Shown: positions 22,609 through 32,000 of the stretch, in pieces
Layout of the letters: the number at the start of each line of letters is the position of its first letter
Numbering within the stretch: the stretch's first letter is position 1
NCBI RefSeq assembly: GCF_000018105.1
Contig: NC_009931.1
Span: 2,962 to 34,961 of the forward strand
Direction of reading: 5' to 3'
DNA length: 32,000 bases
DNA from: Acaryochloris marina MBIC11017
Lineage (GTDB): Bacteria; Cyanobacteriota; Cyanobacteriia; Thermosynechococcales; Thermosynechococcaceae
Made by a program: the position numbers and the translations under genes
Notes under the pieces: generated by a model
The model's input: the letters and a program-made list of their open reading frames with translations, nothing else
What the model was told of the DNA's origin: nothing
Database searches by the model: none

Positions 22609-23395
22609 AACCAATACAAAGCGTTTTCAACAAGCTTTAAATGTAGCTGATGATATGTCAGTGATTGACCAAGCTATATCTAATGATACTAATTCAAATC
22701 GATACTTAAAGACGGCTATCTTATTAGATCAAATAAAGCTACGCAGTGAAGACACTAGGGAACTAAATCAAGATCATGTATTTGCTTTATCAGAGTCGAT
22801 TGAGGTATTGGGATTAATTGAACCATTAGTGGTTGATACTAGGAATCGGCTATTGGCTGGAGGTCATCGCCTATCAGCAATACATTTCCTCCGTGACAAT
22901 AAGCAGGAACGATATGATGAGCAATTTCCTGGTTCTAAGATACCTGTTCGAGTAATGCCTTTTGATGCGGATCAAGATCCTGAAAAAGCTTTGCAATGTG
23001 AAGTAGCGGAAAATGAACACAGACGCGATTATACAGCTACAGAGGTTAGGAATTTAGCCGAAAGGCTTAAAAAAGCTGGATACAGTCACGGCAAGGGACG
23101 GCCAAGAAAGGGAAAGAAAGCCTTGCTACCTGCACTAGAGGTGATTATTGGTAAGCATACTAGAACAATTCAACGCTATCTTAGTGACCATCAAAAAGAA
23201 AATACGACAAATGTCGCATTAACTGCTGAAACCAAGAAACTGAAAAGGATTGAGAAAGATCTTCTGGCTTGGAAAAATGAAAATATGCACTGCACTGCTA
23301 ATTCCAAGAAGGCTTTGCTGCTTAAACGAATTCCATCAATGGCAAAACTAATCAACCAAGTTCTTACGGAAATTCAAACTCAAGATGGGAATTAA
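22595..23395 (+). CDS. parB: ParB-like partition / nuclease-domain protein
   Basis: The ParB N-terminal domain motif IEPLVVDTRNRLLAGGHRLSAI is present, with a basic HTH-like region (GRPRKGKKALLPALEVIIGKHTRTIQRYL). The ATG at 22595 overlaps the end of parA by 14 nt. Confidence 0.8.
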   Translation: MAQRKTNTKRFQQALNVADDMSVIDQAISNDTNSNRYLKTAILLDQIKLRSEDTRELNQDHVFALSESIEVLGLIEPLVVDTRNRLLAGGHRLSAIHFLRDNKQERYDEQFPGSKIPVRVMPFDADQDPEKALQCEVAENEHRRDYTATEVRNLAERLKKAGYSHGKGRPRKGKKALLPALEVIIGKHTRTIQRYLSDHQKENTTNVALTAETKKLKRIEKDLLAWKNENMHCTANSKKALLLKRIPSMAKLINQVLTEIQTQDGN

Positions 23396-23499
23396 TTTTT
23401 GTCGAGATTACTATCAATCAAATCATTCTGAGGGAATGATTGTTGAGTGTTCAATGCAATCGGTAAACTGATTGCTCATACTTGTCAAAGATCTTCAGA

Positions 23500-26400
23500 C
23501 TAATTTTGCTGCATGAGCCTTAGCAGTTCATCAGTGCTTACCTTGCCACTCATGTCGGCCCCTTCTAAGAGACTATCTGCCAAGTCTCGCTTTTGGTTGT
23601 GCAGTTCAACAATTTTTTCTTCAATCGTACCCTTTGCTACAAGTCGATAAATTGTAACGGGACGCTGTTGACCAATCCGATGAGCCCGATCTGAAGCTTG
23701 GTCTTCCACGGCAGGGTTCCACCAAGGATCCATATGAATGACATAGTCTGCAGCCGTGAGATTTAACCCAGTGCCTCCTGCTTTAAGGCTAATCAAGAAA
23801 ATCTCACCCTCTCCAGCCTGGAATGCATCCACTCGTTTATGCCGGTTTTTCGCTGGGGTACTACCGTCTAGATATTGATATTGGATTTGTTGTTCATCTA
23901 AGTAACGGCGAATTATTTCGAGATGATCCACAAACTGGCTAAAGACTAATGCCTTATGTTTGTTATCGAGCAATTCATTGAGTACCTCTGCAAAGAGCTG
24001 CAACTTCGCACTGGGTAAATCTGTTTCTGGAAGGACCAAGCGAGGATTACAACAAGCCCTTCGTAAGCGCATTAGTTCAGCCAGAACCTGGATATGTTTA
24101 GGACCACTGGCAGCGTCACTCTCGTTCAATTTTGCCAATGCGTCCTGTCTTAAAGCCTCATAGAAGGCTAGCTCTTCTGGGCTTAAATCGACTTGTAGAA
24201 CAATTTCAGTTCGAGAGGGCAATTCCTCTAAGACTTGGCTTTTCGTTCGTCGGAGGATGAATGGTTGGATTAACTTCTTTAAGCAACTCCGAGCGGCTTT
24301 ATCTTGGTGCCGTTCAATCGGAATGGCAAAACGTTGATTAAAGCTATCTAAAGATCCCAATAATCCTGGATTGATGAATCGAAATAGGTTCCATAATTCA
24401 CCTAAATGATTCTCAATAGGGGTGCCCGTTGTAATAATCTTCAATTCACCCTGGAGTTTCATAGCGGCTTGAGATCTTTTCGTTGAAAAATTCTTTATCG
24501 CTTGGGCCTCATCTAGAACAATTGTTTGCCACCTCACCTGAGCTAACATCTCAGCCACTTCCGCTTGCTGCAAGAGCCCGTAGCTACAAATAAGCATGTC
24601 AAAGGGCTTGAGATGCTCTAATAACTGTTGCCGATTACTATTGTCAAATTGCAGTGGTGTGAGAGTGGGAGCATATCTTTTGGCCTCCTTGTGCCAATTC
24701 ATGCCAACAGAGGTGGGAGCCACAATCAGAGTTGGACCATGAGGGGCACGGGTAAGAATCACTGCTAGTGCCTGCAGAGTTTTTCCCAGACCCATGTCGT
24801 CTGCAAGACAAGCTCCAACTCCCCAATGGGAAAGTTTAGCCAACCAGCGAAATCCTTCAATTTGATAGTCTCGCAATTGGACTTGCAATGTTGAAGGAAT
24901 CTCAGGTTCAAAATTTTTTATCTGGTTTAGCCTTTGTTTTTGATCACGCCAGTGTTTATCTGCTTGTAGGTTCCCGATATCCTCAACCAGATCTTCTAGG
25001 GCTACTGAGGCTAGAGGGTGAAACCTTAAACCCTTCCCATTGGGTTCGGATAAAGCCTGCAATTCCGCCAGTCGCTTGCGAAAAGACTGGGTTAGGGCCA
25101 GAAACTGACCCTCTTCTAGTTTGATAAACCGCCCAGATGTCTCATCGAGCAAAGCCAATAGCTTTTGAAGGTCTAGGACAAGAGTGTTATCAACATTTAC
25201 CTCACCTTGGATCGCAAACCAATCTTGTTGTTGGCTAATCTTTAATTTGAAATGGTCTAAGTCTGCTCGATGTGAAATCCGAAATTTTTCGCCTTCGGGC
25301 CATTCCACGATGACTTGATCGGAGAGGGATTGTAGAGCGTAGAGGAGTTCTAAACAGTCTTCTGGCTCCGTGATTTGCCATTCTCCATTATCATCTCCAT
25401 ATTGGCTAAGGGTGGGGCATGAATGGATGGTCTTCTGTGCCAATTGTTCTTCTTCCGCTAAATCGCGATTGGTTTGCAACCGTCTTCCTTCAATTTCGGT
25501 AATCACCGTGCTCCCCCCAGATCCAGGAGGAAAATAAGAACCACAGTTCCTAAAAGGCCGAACCCTAATCATGGCTTTGAGGCCATCCCCTGCAGGAAAG
25601 AGATGGACATGAGGGATCGGATGGGGCGCAACTAACTCAGCGTTTTCAGTGCCACCGCCTATATCCGACTGAACTGTAACAAGTCCTGATATAGAGCTAA
25701 TAGCTGAAAGCACTTGCTCTTTAGCCGTCTTGGGTACATTGAGGCAGTTGTATTTTCCCAAGATCTTGGCAATGCGGCGGTGACTTTCATTGATTTCAAT
25801 GACTTTCAGGCGAGTGGGTGTTTCTTGAGTGACCAGAATGTCTTTCGCTCTGGGTATTGGAGGATGTAGTTCTAAAGTGAGCTTTCCCTGATCTTTTTCT
25901 TTGACCAATAGCTCAGGTTCGCCTTTGATGATGTCAATGCGGGTGGAGGGCAGACCCGCCCAAAAGACAGCGGGATGACCCACCAATTGAGCAATGGCTT
26001 GTTCCTTGAACTGATATTCCGTTTTATGGTAGCCAAAATAGTAGCTCACTTGGTCTTCAATCTCAGCACAAGTTTTCAAGTCTTGAGTTGTGAGATAGCC
26101 CAGGCTTTTGGGTTGATTGAACAGACGGCTCAGGGCAATCTTGCGCCCCTTGCTCCACCCTCCCTTGGCATTGCGTTTCTGTTCTTTGGGTTCGAGTGTG
26201 ACGTTCTCAGATCCGATAGACACAAACCAAGCCAGCCGAGAAATGGCTCCCGTTCCGTCATTTAGTAGAAATTCGGAATTTAACTGTTCTAAGGCTTTTA
26301 AGCTGAGCTGCCAATCCTCCTGAGCAGTGACTAATTTGGCTAGGGGAAACTGAGGTGTCGGCAGGTCAGGCAACTTTGGTTTAGTAGCAGGTTGTTCAGA

Positions 26401-27720
26401 AGCCAGTTGTTGAATTAAAGCTTTCGCTTCAGAAGCCAGCCAACCATATCCAGAGTTATAGGCTTGACAACAATATGGAACAAGGACTTCGACTAAAGCT
26501 GTTTTTGCTGAGCTGGGGTCAACCCAATGGACACATAATGCACTGATCAGGGTTTGTAAGCTTTGGCCATATTGGTAGGGCAGTACAGAGGTATTGATCA
26601 CTGAGTTTTGGTAGGATAAGTCACCTTGTTGGATCAATAGGACTTTTTTGAGCAGGGAATAAATCTGAGAGAGCCAATGGTCTTCGGACTCAAGGATCAA
26701 GTCGATATAGCAAATCGCTGAACTGAGTGATGCCCTGGATCCTTCATGGAGGAGTGTCAATAAATAGAAAATGCCGCTGATGGACTCAAAATAAACTTTG
26801 CGTTTGCTAGTGAGTTTCCTTAATGCTTTCAATGCCTCCACATATGCAGCAATCGCGGCATCAAAATTACCTTCCAAACAGGCCAACCATCCTTGGATAG
26901 CCAGGGCATCATGTTCATAGTCTGCAGGGATATCAACGAGACAGGCTTTAGCTTCTTCAATCCGTCCTCTTAATATCAGTTGTTCGGCTAATACAATACT
27001 GAGATAGTTTCCGCCTACGTCCTCACAAATTTCAATGAGAACCTCTAACTTGTCATCAGCAGAGAACAACATGAGGGAATCGGTGAGTAACCCATTGACC
27101 AGAAATAGATCAGCTAGTTCCATGGGAATGGTCCAAAACCAGTACCGATCAAAGGGATTATTACAAACGAGGTCAAGAACCTCATCTAACGCAATCTTGT
27201 CACTCCTGTAGCCGTAGGCATAGTAATCTTGGCAATACTCAGCAATGGCTTCAAAATCTTTCTGATAAAAGCCCATGCGAAAAGCACGGATAAATTCCTG
27301 GTAATCATCAAAACTCAGTCCTTTACCATTCCATCCTGGCTTAAATGGAATAATGGATTCTACCGCTTCAACCATTGCTTTGAACTTACCTTTGGCCACG
27401 GCATCTCTTGTGGCAATCTCAATGATTAAGGGGTGTACTCGGAGCTTAGTATTCTCCATCAGTAGAACTTCTAAGTTAAGGAGATTTTCAATGTAGGGCC
27501 GAATGGTTGAGCTAGTCAGCTTTTTTTGCTTTGGGCTAAGGGTTCCTATCGTTGCCAAGCAAGATAACAGGGCAGTGCGGCTTGTGGATGTGTAAATAAC
27601 TGAAACAGCTTGAATAATTTCTCGTTCTAGATCAGAAAGTTGTTCATACTTGTTGACTAGGCTTGCTCTAACGGCAGATAAATCTTCCTGCTTCTCGGGG
27701 GAATTTGTGGATAGGGACAC
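23500..27720 (-). CDS. Large SNF2-family helicase (1406 aa) with a long N-terminal extension
   Basis: The C-terminal third carries SNF2 ATPase motifs: LRDYQIEGFRWL, DDMGLGKT, VLDEAQAIKN and QASDRAHRIGQ. The central region resembles the SNF2-helicase-associated domain. The first ~480 aa are helical-repeat-like with no motif I recognise. GTG start. Confidence 0.9.
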   Translation of the reverse strand: MSLSTNSPEKQEDLSAVRASLVNKYEQLSDLEREIIQAVSVIYTSTSRTALLSCLATIGTLSPKQKKLTSSTIRPYIENLLNLEVLLMENTKLRVHPLIIEIATRDAVAKGKFKAMVEAVESIIPFKPGWNGKGLSFDDYQEFIRAFRMGFYQKDFEAIAEYCQDYYAYGYRSDKIALDEVLDLVCNNPFDRYWFWTIPMELADLFLVNGLLTDSLMLFSADDKLEVLIEICEDVGGNYLSIVLAEQLILRGRIEEAKACLVDIPADYEHDALAIQGWLACLEGNFDAAIAAYVEALKALRKLTSKRKVYFESISGIFYLLTLLHEGSRASLSSAICYIDLILESEDHWLSQIYSLLKKVLLIQQGDLSYQNSVINTSVLPYQYGQSLQTLISALCVHWVDPSSAKTALVEVLVPYCCQAYNSGYGWLASEAKALIQQLASEQPATKPKLPDLPTPQFPLAKLVTAQEDWQLSLKALEQLNSEFLLNDGTGAISRLAWFVSIGSENVTLEPKEQKRNAKGGWSKGRKIALSRLFNQPKSLGYLTTQDLKTCAEIEDQVSYYFGYHKTEYQFKEQAIAQLVGHPAVFWAGLPSTRIDIIKGEPELLVKEKDQGKLTLELHPPIPRAKDILVTQETPTRLKVIEINESHRRIAKILGKYNCLNVPKTAKEQVLSAISSISGLVTVQSDIGGGTENAELVAPHPIPHVHLFPAGDGLKAMIRVRPFRNCGSYFPPGSGGSTVITEIEGRRLQTNRDLAEEEQLAQKTIHSCPTLSQYGDDNGEWQITEPEDCLELLYALQSLSDQVIVEWPEGEKFRISHRADLDHFKLKISQQQDWFAIQGEVNVDNTLVLDLQKLLALLDETSGRFIKLEEGQFLALTQSFRKRLAELQALSEPNGKGLRFHPLASVALEDLVEDIGNLQADKHWRDQKQRLNQIKNFEPEIPSTLQVQLRDYQIEGFRWLAKLSHWGVGACLADDMGLGKTLQALAVILTRAPHGPTLIVAPTSVGMNWHKEAKRYAPTLTPLQFDNSNRQQLLEHLKPFDMLICSYGLLQQAEVAEMLAQVRWQTIVLDEAQAIKNFSTKRSQAAMKLQGELKIITTGTPIENHLGELWNLFRFINPGLLGSLDSFNQRFAIPIERHQDKAARSCLKKLIQPFILRRTKSQVLEELPSRTEIVLQVDLSPEELAFYEALRQDALAKLNESDAASGPKHIQVLAELMRLRRACCNPRLVLPETDLPSAKLQLFAEVLNELLDNKHKALVFSQFVDHLEIIRRYLDEQQIQYQYLDGSTPAKNRHKRVDAFQAGEGEIFLISLKAGGTGLNLTAADYVIHMDPWWNPAVEDQASDRAHRIGQQRPVTIYRLVAKGTIEEKIVELHNQKRDLADSLLEGADMSGKVSTDELLRLMQQN

Positions 27721-28076
27721 GTCGGTAGGGACTCGCTAGTATCTAAACCAGTTTAGAACGGGTCTCCATTACTCATTAGATCTGGAAAAACTTTTTTAAG
27801 TCGTCTTTATCGACTCCAGAGACTATGCAGGCGCCAAATCTATCTCACCTGTATATTGTTCCGGGTTTTCTTAACCTGTATAGATTTGAAATTTGCCGTT
27901 CTGTTGATTAGCCAACACCGAAGTAATTTGTCTGTTCTTGGATTTATTCTAAAAATATGCGTTCTTCCCCTCCCTAACTATGTTTCGGGAGGGATTTCAT
28001 TGCTCATTACCAATTCTTGTTAATCTAGTTTGCATCTGACTGCTTAATCTTAAGGAGACTCATTAGAAGAACCATT

Positions 28077-28571
28077 ATGGCTAGGAAATCTAAAGGTTTT
28101 AGTGAATTACTCCATCAACAACAAGATGATGAGCAAACAACCGCTCAATCCTTCAATCGGTTGCAAAAAAAAGTTAAGAAAACAACTGGAAAAGACCTTA
28201 TTAAGGACATAGCCACTAGCCCAAAGGGCATTACCAAAATGTCTGACGTTTTGGAGGAATTTATTGATCCCTACAAAGAAACAACTTCTAGTTTTGAAGA
28301 TGTGGAATCCTTGCTGAGTATTGCTGTTCTTGCCTGGAATATCGCCTTATTACCCGATGAGGACCGCCAAGAAGCTATAGAAATTATTTTGTCAGAAGCT
28401 GCCTCTGGGATGAACCAAAAGAGTCGAGCGGAGTTGCAAACCTTAATCCATCAGATGATTGAGCGCAAAGACTGTTATTTTTCAAGTTTTCAGCGCTATA
28501 TTGCTAATTTTGACTTGCAGCCTCAAGGAGATAGTTATTTCCTTTCCGTTGCTTCTTCTCTCAAAGAATAG
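28077..28571 (+). CDS. Hypothetical protein (164 aa)
   Basis: ORF with an AAGGAG RBS upstream, transcribed divergently from the SNF2 gene. No family was recognised. Confidence 0.7.
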   Translation: MARKSKGFSELLHQQQDDEQTTAQSFNRLQKKVKKTTGKDLIKDIATSPKGITKMSDVLEEFIDPYKETTSSFEDVESLLSIAVLAWNIALLPDEDRQEAIEIILSEAASGMNQKSRAELQTLIHQMIERKDCYFSSFQRYIANFDLQPQGDSYFLSVASSLKE

Positions 28572-28984
28572 ACTTTATATTATCTTCTCAATCAGTGTGA
28601 ATTAGATGAGCCTAATGCTATGGGCGCTGTGATGGGGAAGTTTAACCGTTCTCAGTTAGAAAAAGAGGAAGCTTCTTTTTCCGCAATCACGGCAACGGTA
28701 CGGTCTGATTCTGATAACCAACAGGAGCTTTTCAGCGCAGTTTTTATGTCTAGACCGTTTTAGGGCAGTGCTATTACAGTGACTACATCTCTTAGCCATG
28801 AGTCCACCCAGGCTTGTTGTCTCAAGTCTAAAGGAAGAGCCAGATAGTGTCAGTTAAGAGTAATACACATACCTTTAAGCTGACTTACATTTATGGGGTA
28901 ATTTGCCTGTCTTTCGTCCCCCAATCATTGAACTCAACGAGTGGGTTTTGTATGGATATCTATGTCACCGAAATTCAATTTTAA

Positions 28985-29134
28985 CCTCAATGGTCACGAG
29001 AAGGATCTGGTATGGGCTTAGCGATTGATAAAGCCATTGCTGAAGCCCATCGAGGTCGAGTCGAGCTAATAAGTGAGCCTGGGGTGGGTTCAACCTTCAC
29101 TATCAGCATCCCCTTCAGAGACAGTATGAGTTGA
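28985..29134 (+). pseudogene. C-terminal remnant of a histidine kinase (HATPase_c G2 box region)
   Basis: PQWSREGSGMGLAIDKAIAEAHRGRVELISEPGVGSTFTISIPFRDSMS* matches the G2 box and C-terminus of a histidine kinase. An in-frame TAA lies immediately upstream (28982-28984), and nothing recognisably kinase-like lies before it. Confidence 0.6.
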
Positions 29135-29492
29135 TTCAACAATGGCTAGAAAAGAAAGCTGAAAGGATGCTTCCCCACCAAAACTAATACACCCCATGGA
29201 GAGTAATCTGATCATTTTGAAACCGCTATTCAAGCAAAATTCGCTTTGCGGCTGAAGGTAATGAATTCAGCCTCCGCCACTTAAAAAGCTTTTTGCCACC
29301 CGCTTTTCAAAAGCCAATCGGTTTCAAGTTGTGGTCCATTTAGGGATTGATGCACGGGAAATGCAAAATCTATCGCTAGTCTGTAACCAGCAAGGTTCCC
29401 TTAGCCAACAGCAAAGACCGCAGTGATTAGAAGGATTCTTGTCTCTCAACTCATCGTAAACTGAGGAGCCGACAGCGCAGTCACTCTTAGAA

Positions 29493-29687
29493 GGGTTAGT
29501 GAAAGCGTACGCAACGAAGTGCCATAAGAGCAAAAATAAAGCCTGAAACAACGTAAACTCGTTGAGCGATCAAGGGATATCTTATTTCATAGGACTATTA
29601 TAGTTCAAAAGAAATAAGCTATAACCTTTATTTAGTAATGCTTTCAGGCTTATTACTCTTGCTTTCAGCTACGCTTTCACCACCCCA
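29493..29687. repeat. Imperfect long inverted repeat (MITE-like or long 3'-UTR hairpin) abutting the metE stop
   Basis: Arm 29493-29548 (GGGTTAGTGAAAGCGTA...AAGAGCAAAAATAAAGCCTGAAA) matches the reverse complement of 29641-29687 (GGGGTGGTGAAAGCGTA...AAGAGTAATAAGCCTGAAA). The collinear blocks are 11/11, 5/5 and 9/9. The centre is about 92 nt and AT-rich. Confidence 0.45.
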
Positions 29688-29690
29688 AGT

Positions 29691-32000
29691 TCAACAATTC
29701 GTAGCGCGAAGTTTTGATGCGGTCTCGACCATATTGATAAGTGAAGGCTTCACTTCCGACCATTGGCGAGTCTTGAGACCACAATCCGGGTTGACCCAGA
29801 GGTGCTCACGCGGTAACACAGCTTCCGCTTTTGACATGAGATTACTCATTTCATCGGTGGGGGGTACCCGTGGTGAGTGGATGTCATAGACACCTGGACC
29901 GATCTCATTTGGATACTTAAAGTCTACAAAGGCATCGAGCAGCTCCATATTTGAGCGCGAGGTCTCAATGGTGATGACGTCAGCATCCATAGCGGCGATA
30001 GAGTCGATGATATCGTTGAACTCGGAGTAACACATGTGGGTGTGGATTTGGGTTTCATCCTCCACACCGCAAGCACTGAGGTGAAATGCCTTCACTGCCC
30101 AGTTGAGATAGTTATCCCACTCGCTCCTGCGTAACGGCAGACCTTCACGGAAGGCCGGTTCATCGATCTGGATGGCGGCAATCCCGGCAGCTTCGAGGTC
30201 CACCACTTCATCACGAATGGCCAGGGCAATCTGATGTGTGGTGACGGAGCGCGGCTGGTCGTCACGCACGAAGCTCCACTGGAGGATCGTAACCGGGCCG
30301 GTTAGCATCCCCTTCATCGGGCGATCCGTCAACGATTGAGCATACTCAGACCAGTAGACAGTCATGGGCTTGGATCGGCTGACATCGCCAAAAATGATCG
30401 GTGGTTTCACGTAGCGAGTGCCAAAGCTCTGCACCCAACCCGTGCTGGTAAAGGTAAAGCCTTCGAGATTTTCTCCAAAGTATTCCACCATGTCATTGCG
30501 CTCGAACTCGCCGTGAACAGGCATATCAATCCCGATCTCGTCTTGGAACGCAACGCATTTAGCAATTTCTTCCTTCATGAACTGGTCGTAGTCCGCATCG
30601 CTTAGCTTCCCTTTTTTCCACTGGGCGCGTGCTAGGCGCACCTCCTTGGTCTGAGGGAATGAGCCGATGGTCGTGGTCGGGAATTCCGGCAAACGGAGTT
30701 TGGCTCGCTGCTTGGTCTGGCGTTCAACGAAGGCTGAGGCGCGATCGAAATCGCTGGGCTTAACCCCAGCAAGGCGCTTTTTCACAGCATCATTGTGGAT
30801 ACGCTTGCTAGACTTTCGAGAAGCAACGGCGGCACGGTTGGTTTCAAGCATTTCTTCACTTCCGACTTCATCGAGAAGCTGCCGGAGTTCGGTGACTTCC
30901 GTGAGTTTCTCGTCGGCAAAGGCCAGCCAACTTTTCAGCTCATCATCCAGCTTTTGTTCGTTTTGCAGGGTGACGGGCGAATGTAGCAATGAACAGCTAG
31001 GTGCGACCCAAAGCCGATCCGCGCCAACAACAACCTTGGCCTTCTTCAAAAATTCTAGTGAGGCATCGTAATCATTTTTCCAGACATTGCGGCCTTCGAC
31101 GATTCCTACGGAGAGAATTTTGTTAGTCGGGAAGGTATCCAGAACAGAGTCAATGTCTTCTGAACCTCGCACGAAATCAAAATGCAAGGCGTCAACCGGC
31201 AACGCAAGGTAGTCATCAAGATTATCTCTCACGCCACCAAAATATGTGGTGACGAGCAACTTTGCTGAGCCTTGGACCTTAGAGAGACGATCGTATGCCA
31301 CCTTCAAAGCTTCGCGCTGTAAATTGCTCAGGTCGGTGGAAATAATCGGTTCATCGAGCTGTATCCATTCCGCCCCTTCGGCGGCAAGCTTGTCGAGGAT
31401 CTCTACATAGACGGAGACAAGATTGTCGAGGAGAGTCAACGGATCGAAGTCCGGGTTGTTAGAACCCTGTACCTTGCCTAGGGAGAGATAAGTCACGGGA
31501 CCGACGAGCACTGGCTTCGCGTTAATCCCCAGTTCCTTAGCCTCCGCGAGTTCATCAAAGACTTTGGTGCTGCTAAGGGAGAATGTTGTGTCCCCCCGAA
31601 ACTCAGGCACGATGTAGTGGTAATTCGTATCGAACCACTTTGTCATCTCGCTAGCAAAAGTGGAAACCTTGCTCGTCTGGCAGTCCTTCTCATCCTCAAC
31701 CCAAGAAGTGCCGCCTTCCGTACCACGAGCGATGGTGAAAGCGGTGTTGATGTCTGTCTGCCCGCCTTGCCACTGAAAGCGCGGTGGCACATTGCCAAGC
31801 AGGCAGCTCATGTCGAGCACTTGGTCATAAAAGGAGAAGTCATTGACCGGGATGAGATCTAGTCCGGCGGCCTGTTGCTTCTTCCAGTTGGTTTCGCGCA
31901 AAGTCTTGCCCGTGACGAGCAGCTCGGAAAGAGGAAGGTCGCCTTTCCAATAGGCTTCCGTAGCCTTTTTTAATTCACGCTTGGCTCCGATGCGCGGGTA
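29691..32000 (-). CDS. metE: Cobalamin-independent methionine synthase MetE (5' end beyond the window)
   Basis: The frame is open to position 32000. The reverse translation of the last bases is YPRIGAKRELKKATEAYWKGDLPLSELLVTGKTLRETNWKKQQ..., the MetE N-terminal signature. Zinc-ligand regions are visible (HMCYSEFNDI, NPDCGLKTR). About 10 codons are missing. Confidence 0.95.
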   Translation of the reverse strand, partial: YPRIGAKRELKKATEAYWKGDLPLSELLVTGKTLRETNWKKQQAAGLDLIPVNDFSFYDQVLDMSCLLGNVPPRFQWQGGQTDINTAFTIARGTEGGTSWVEDEKDCQTSKVSTFASEMTKWFDTNYHYIVPEFRGDTTFSLSSTKVFDELAEAKELGINAKPVLVGPVTYLSLGKVQGSNNPDFDPLTLLDNLVSVYVEILDKLAAEGAEWIQLDEPIISTDLSNLQREALKVAYDRLSKVQGSAKLLVTTYFGGVRDNLDDYLALPVDALHFDFVRGSEDIDSVLDTFPTNKILSVGIVEGRNVWKNDYDASLEFLKKAKVVVGADRLWVAPSCSLLHSPVTLQNEQKLDDELKSWLAFADEKLTEVTELRQLLDEVGSEEMLETNRAAVASRKSSKRIHNDAVKKRLAGVKPSDFDRASAFVERQTKQRAKLRLPEFPTTTIGSFPQTKEVRLARAQWKKGKLSDADYDQFMKEEIAKCVAFQDEIGIDMPVHGEFERNDMVEYFGENLEGFTFTSTGWVQSFGTRYVKPPIIFGDVSRSKPMTVYWSEYAQSLTDRPMKGMLTGPVTILQWSFVRDDQPRSVTTHQIALAIRDEVVDLEAAGIAAIQIDEPAFREGLPLRRSEWDNYLNWAVKAFHLSACGVEDETQIHTHMCYSEFNDIIDSIAAMDADVITIETSRSNMELLDAFVDFKYPNEIGPGVYDIHSPRVPPTDEMSNLMSKAEAVLPREHLWVNPDCGLKTRQWSEVKPSLINMVETASKLRATNC

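Noticed and set aside
29324-29889. ORFs 29324-29551 (-) and 29638-29889 (+) with signal-peptide-like starts.
   Set aside because: Their similar N-termini arise from the two arms of the inverted repeat. The plus-strand ORF also overlaps the metE 3' end in antisense.
23960-31862. Many 60-134-aa ORFs antisense or out of frame within the SNF2 and metE genes (for example 25975-26265 and 30667-31071).
   Set aside because: They lie fully inside long, well-supported genes. They are shadow ORFs with biased composition.

Overview
This is a mosaic, plasmid-like accessory region. The gene families suggest a cyanobacterial replicon, but that is low confidence and no search was run. The left 7.2 kb is a pile-up of mobile DNA. 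A minus-strand Tn3-family tnpA is split by a complete group II intron (643-3096), whose removal rejoins the exons in frame. Next comes an IS1182-type IS (5400-7231, perfect 16-bp inverted repeats, ACCC duplication) sitting in a 5'-truncated gene. A RelE-type toxin/antitoxin pair follows. Positions 8.6-19.8 kb form a block of mostly plus-strand small cargo genes: DUF3768, three paralogous ~50-aa ORFs, a HAD phosphatase, DUF4326 (frameshifted), a DUF488-like protein, a decayed DNA methyltransferase, DUF5131/Gp37-Gp68 and a putative PD-(D/E)XK nuclease. This block is interrupted by a minus-strand CAP+RTX secreted protein and an orphan receiver-domain gene. The right part holds a Crp/Fnr regulator, a parA-parB module, a 1406-aa SNF2 helicase, a histidine-kinase remnant and metE (5' end off the window). 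The most unusual signal is in 9.3-12.9 kb. Six related GC-rich stem-loops, each with a conserved short leader, sit at a near-fixed distance in front of start codons or relic leaders. They are linked to a mosaic three-member family of ~50-aa ORFs. Also notable: three neighbouring cargo genes are inactivated (mostly by in-frame stops), the DUF5131 protein lacks two of the family's cysteines, and several minus-oriented terminators have no minus-strand gene. No rRNA, tRNA or CRISPR array was seen.
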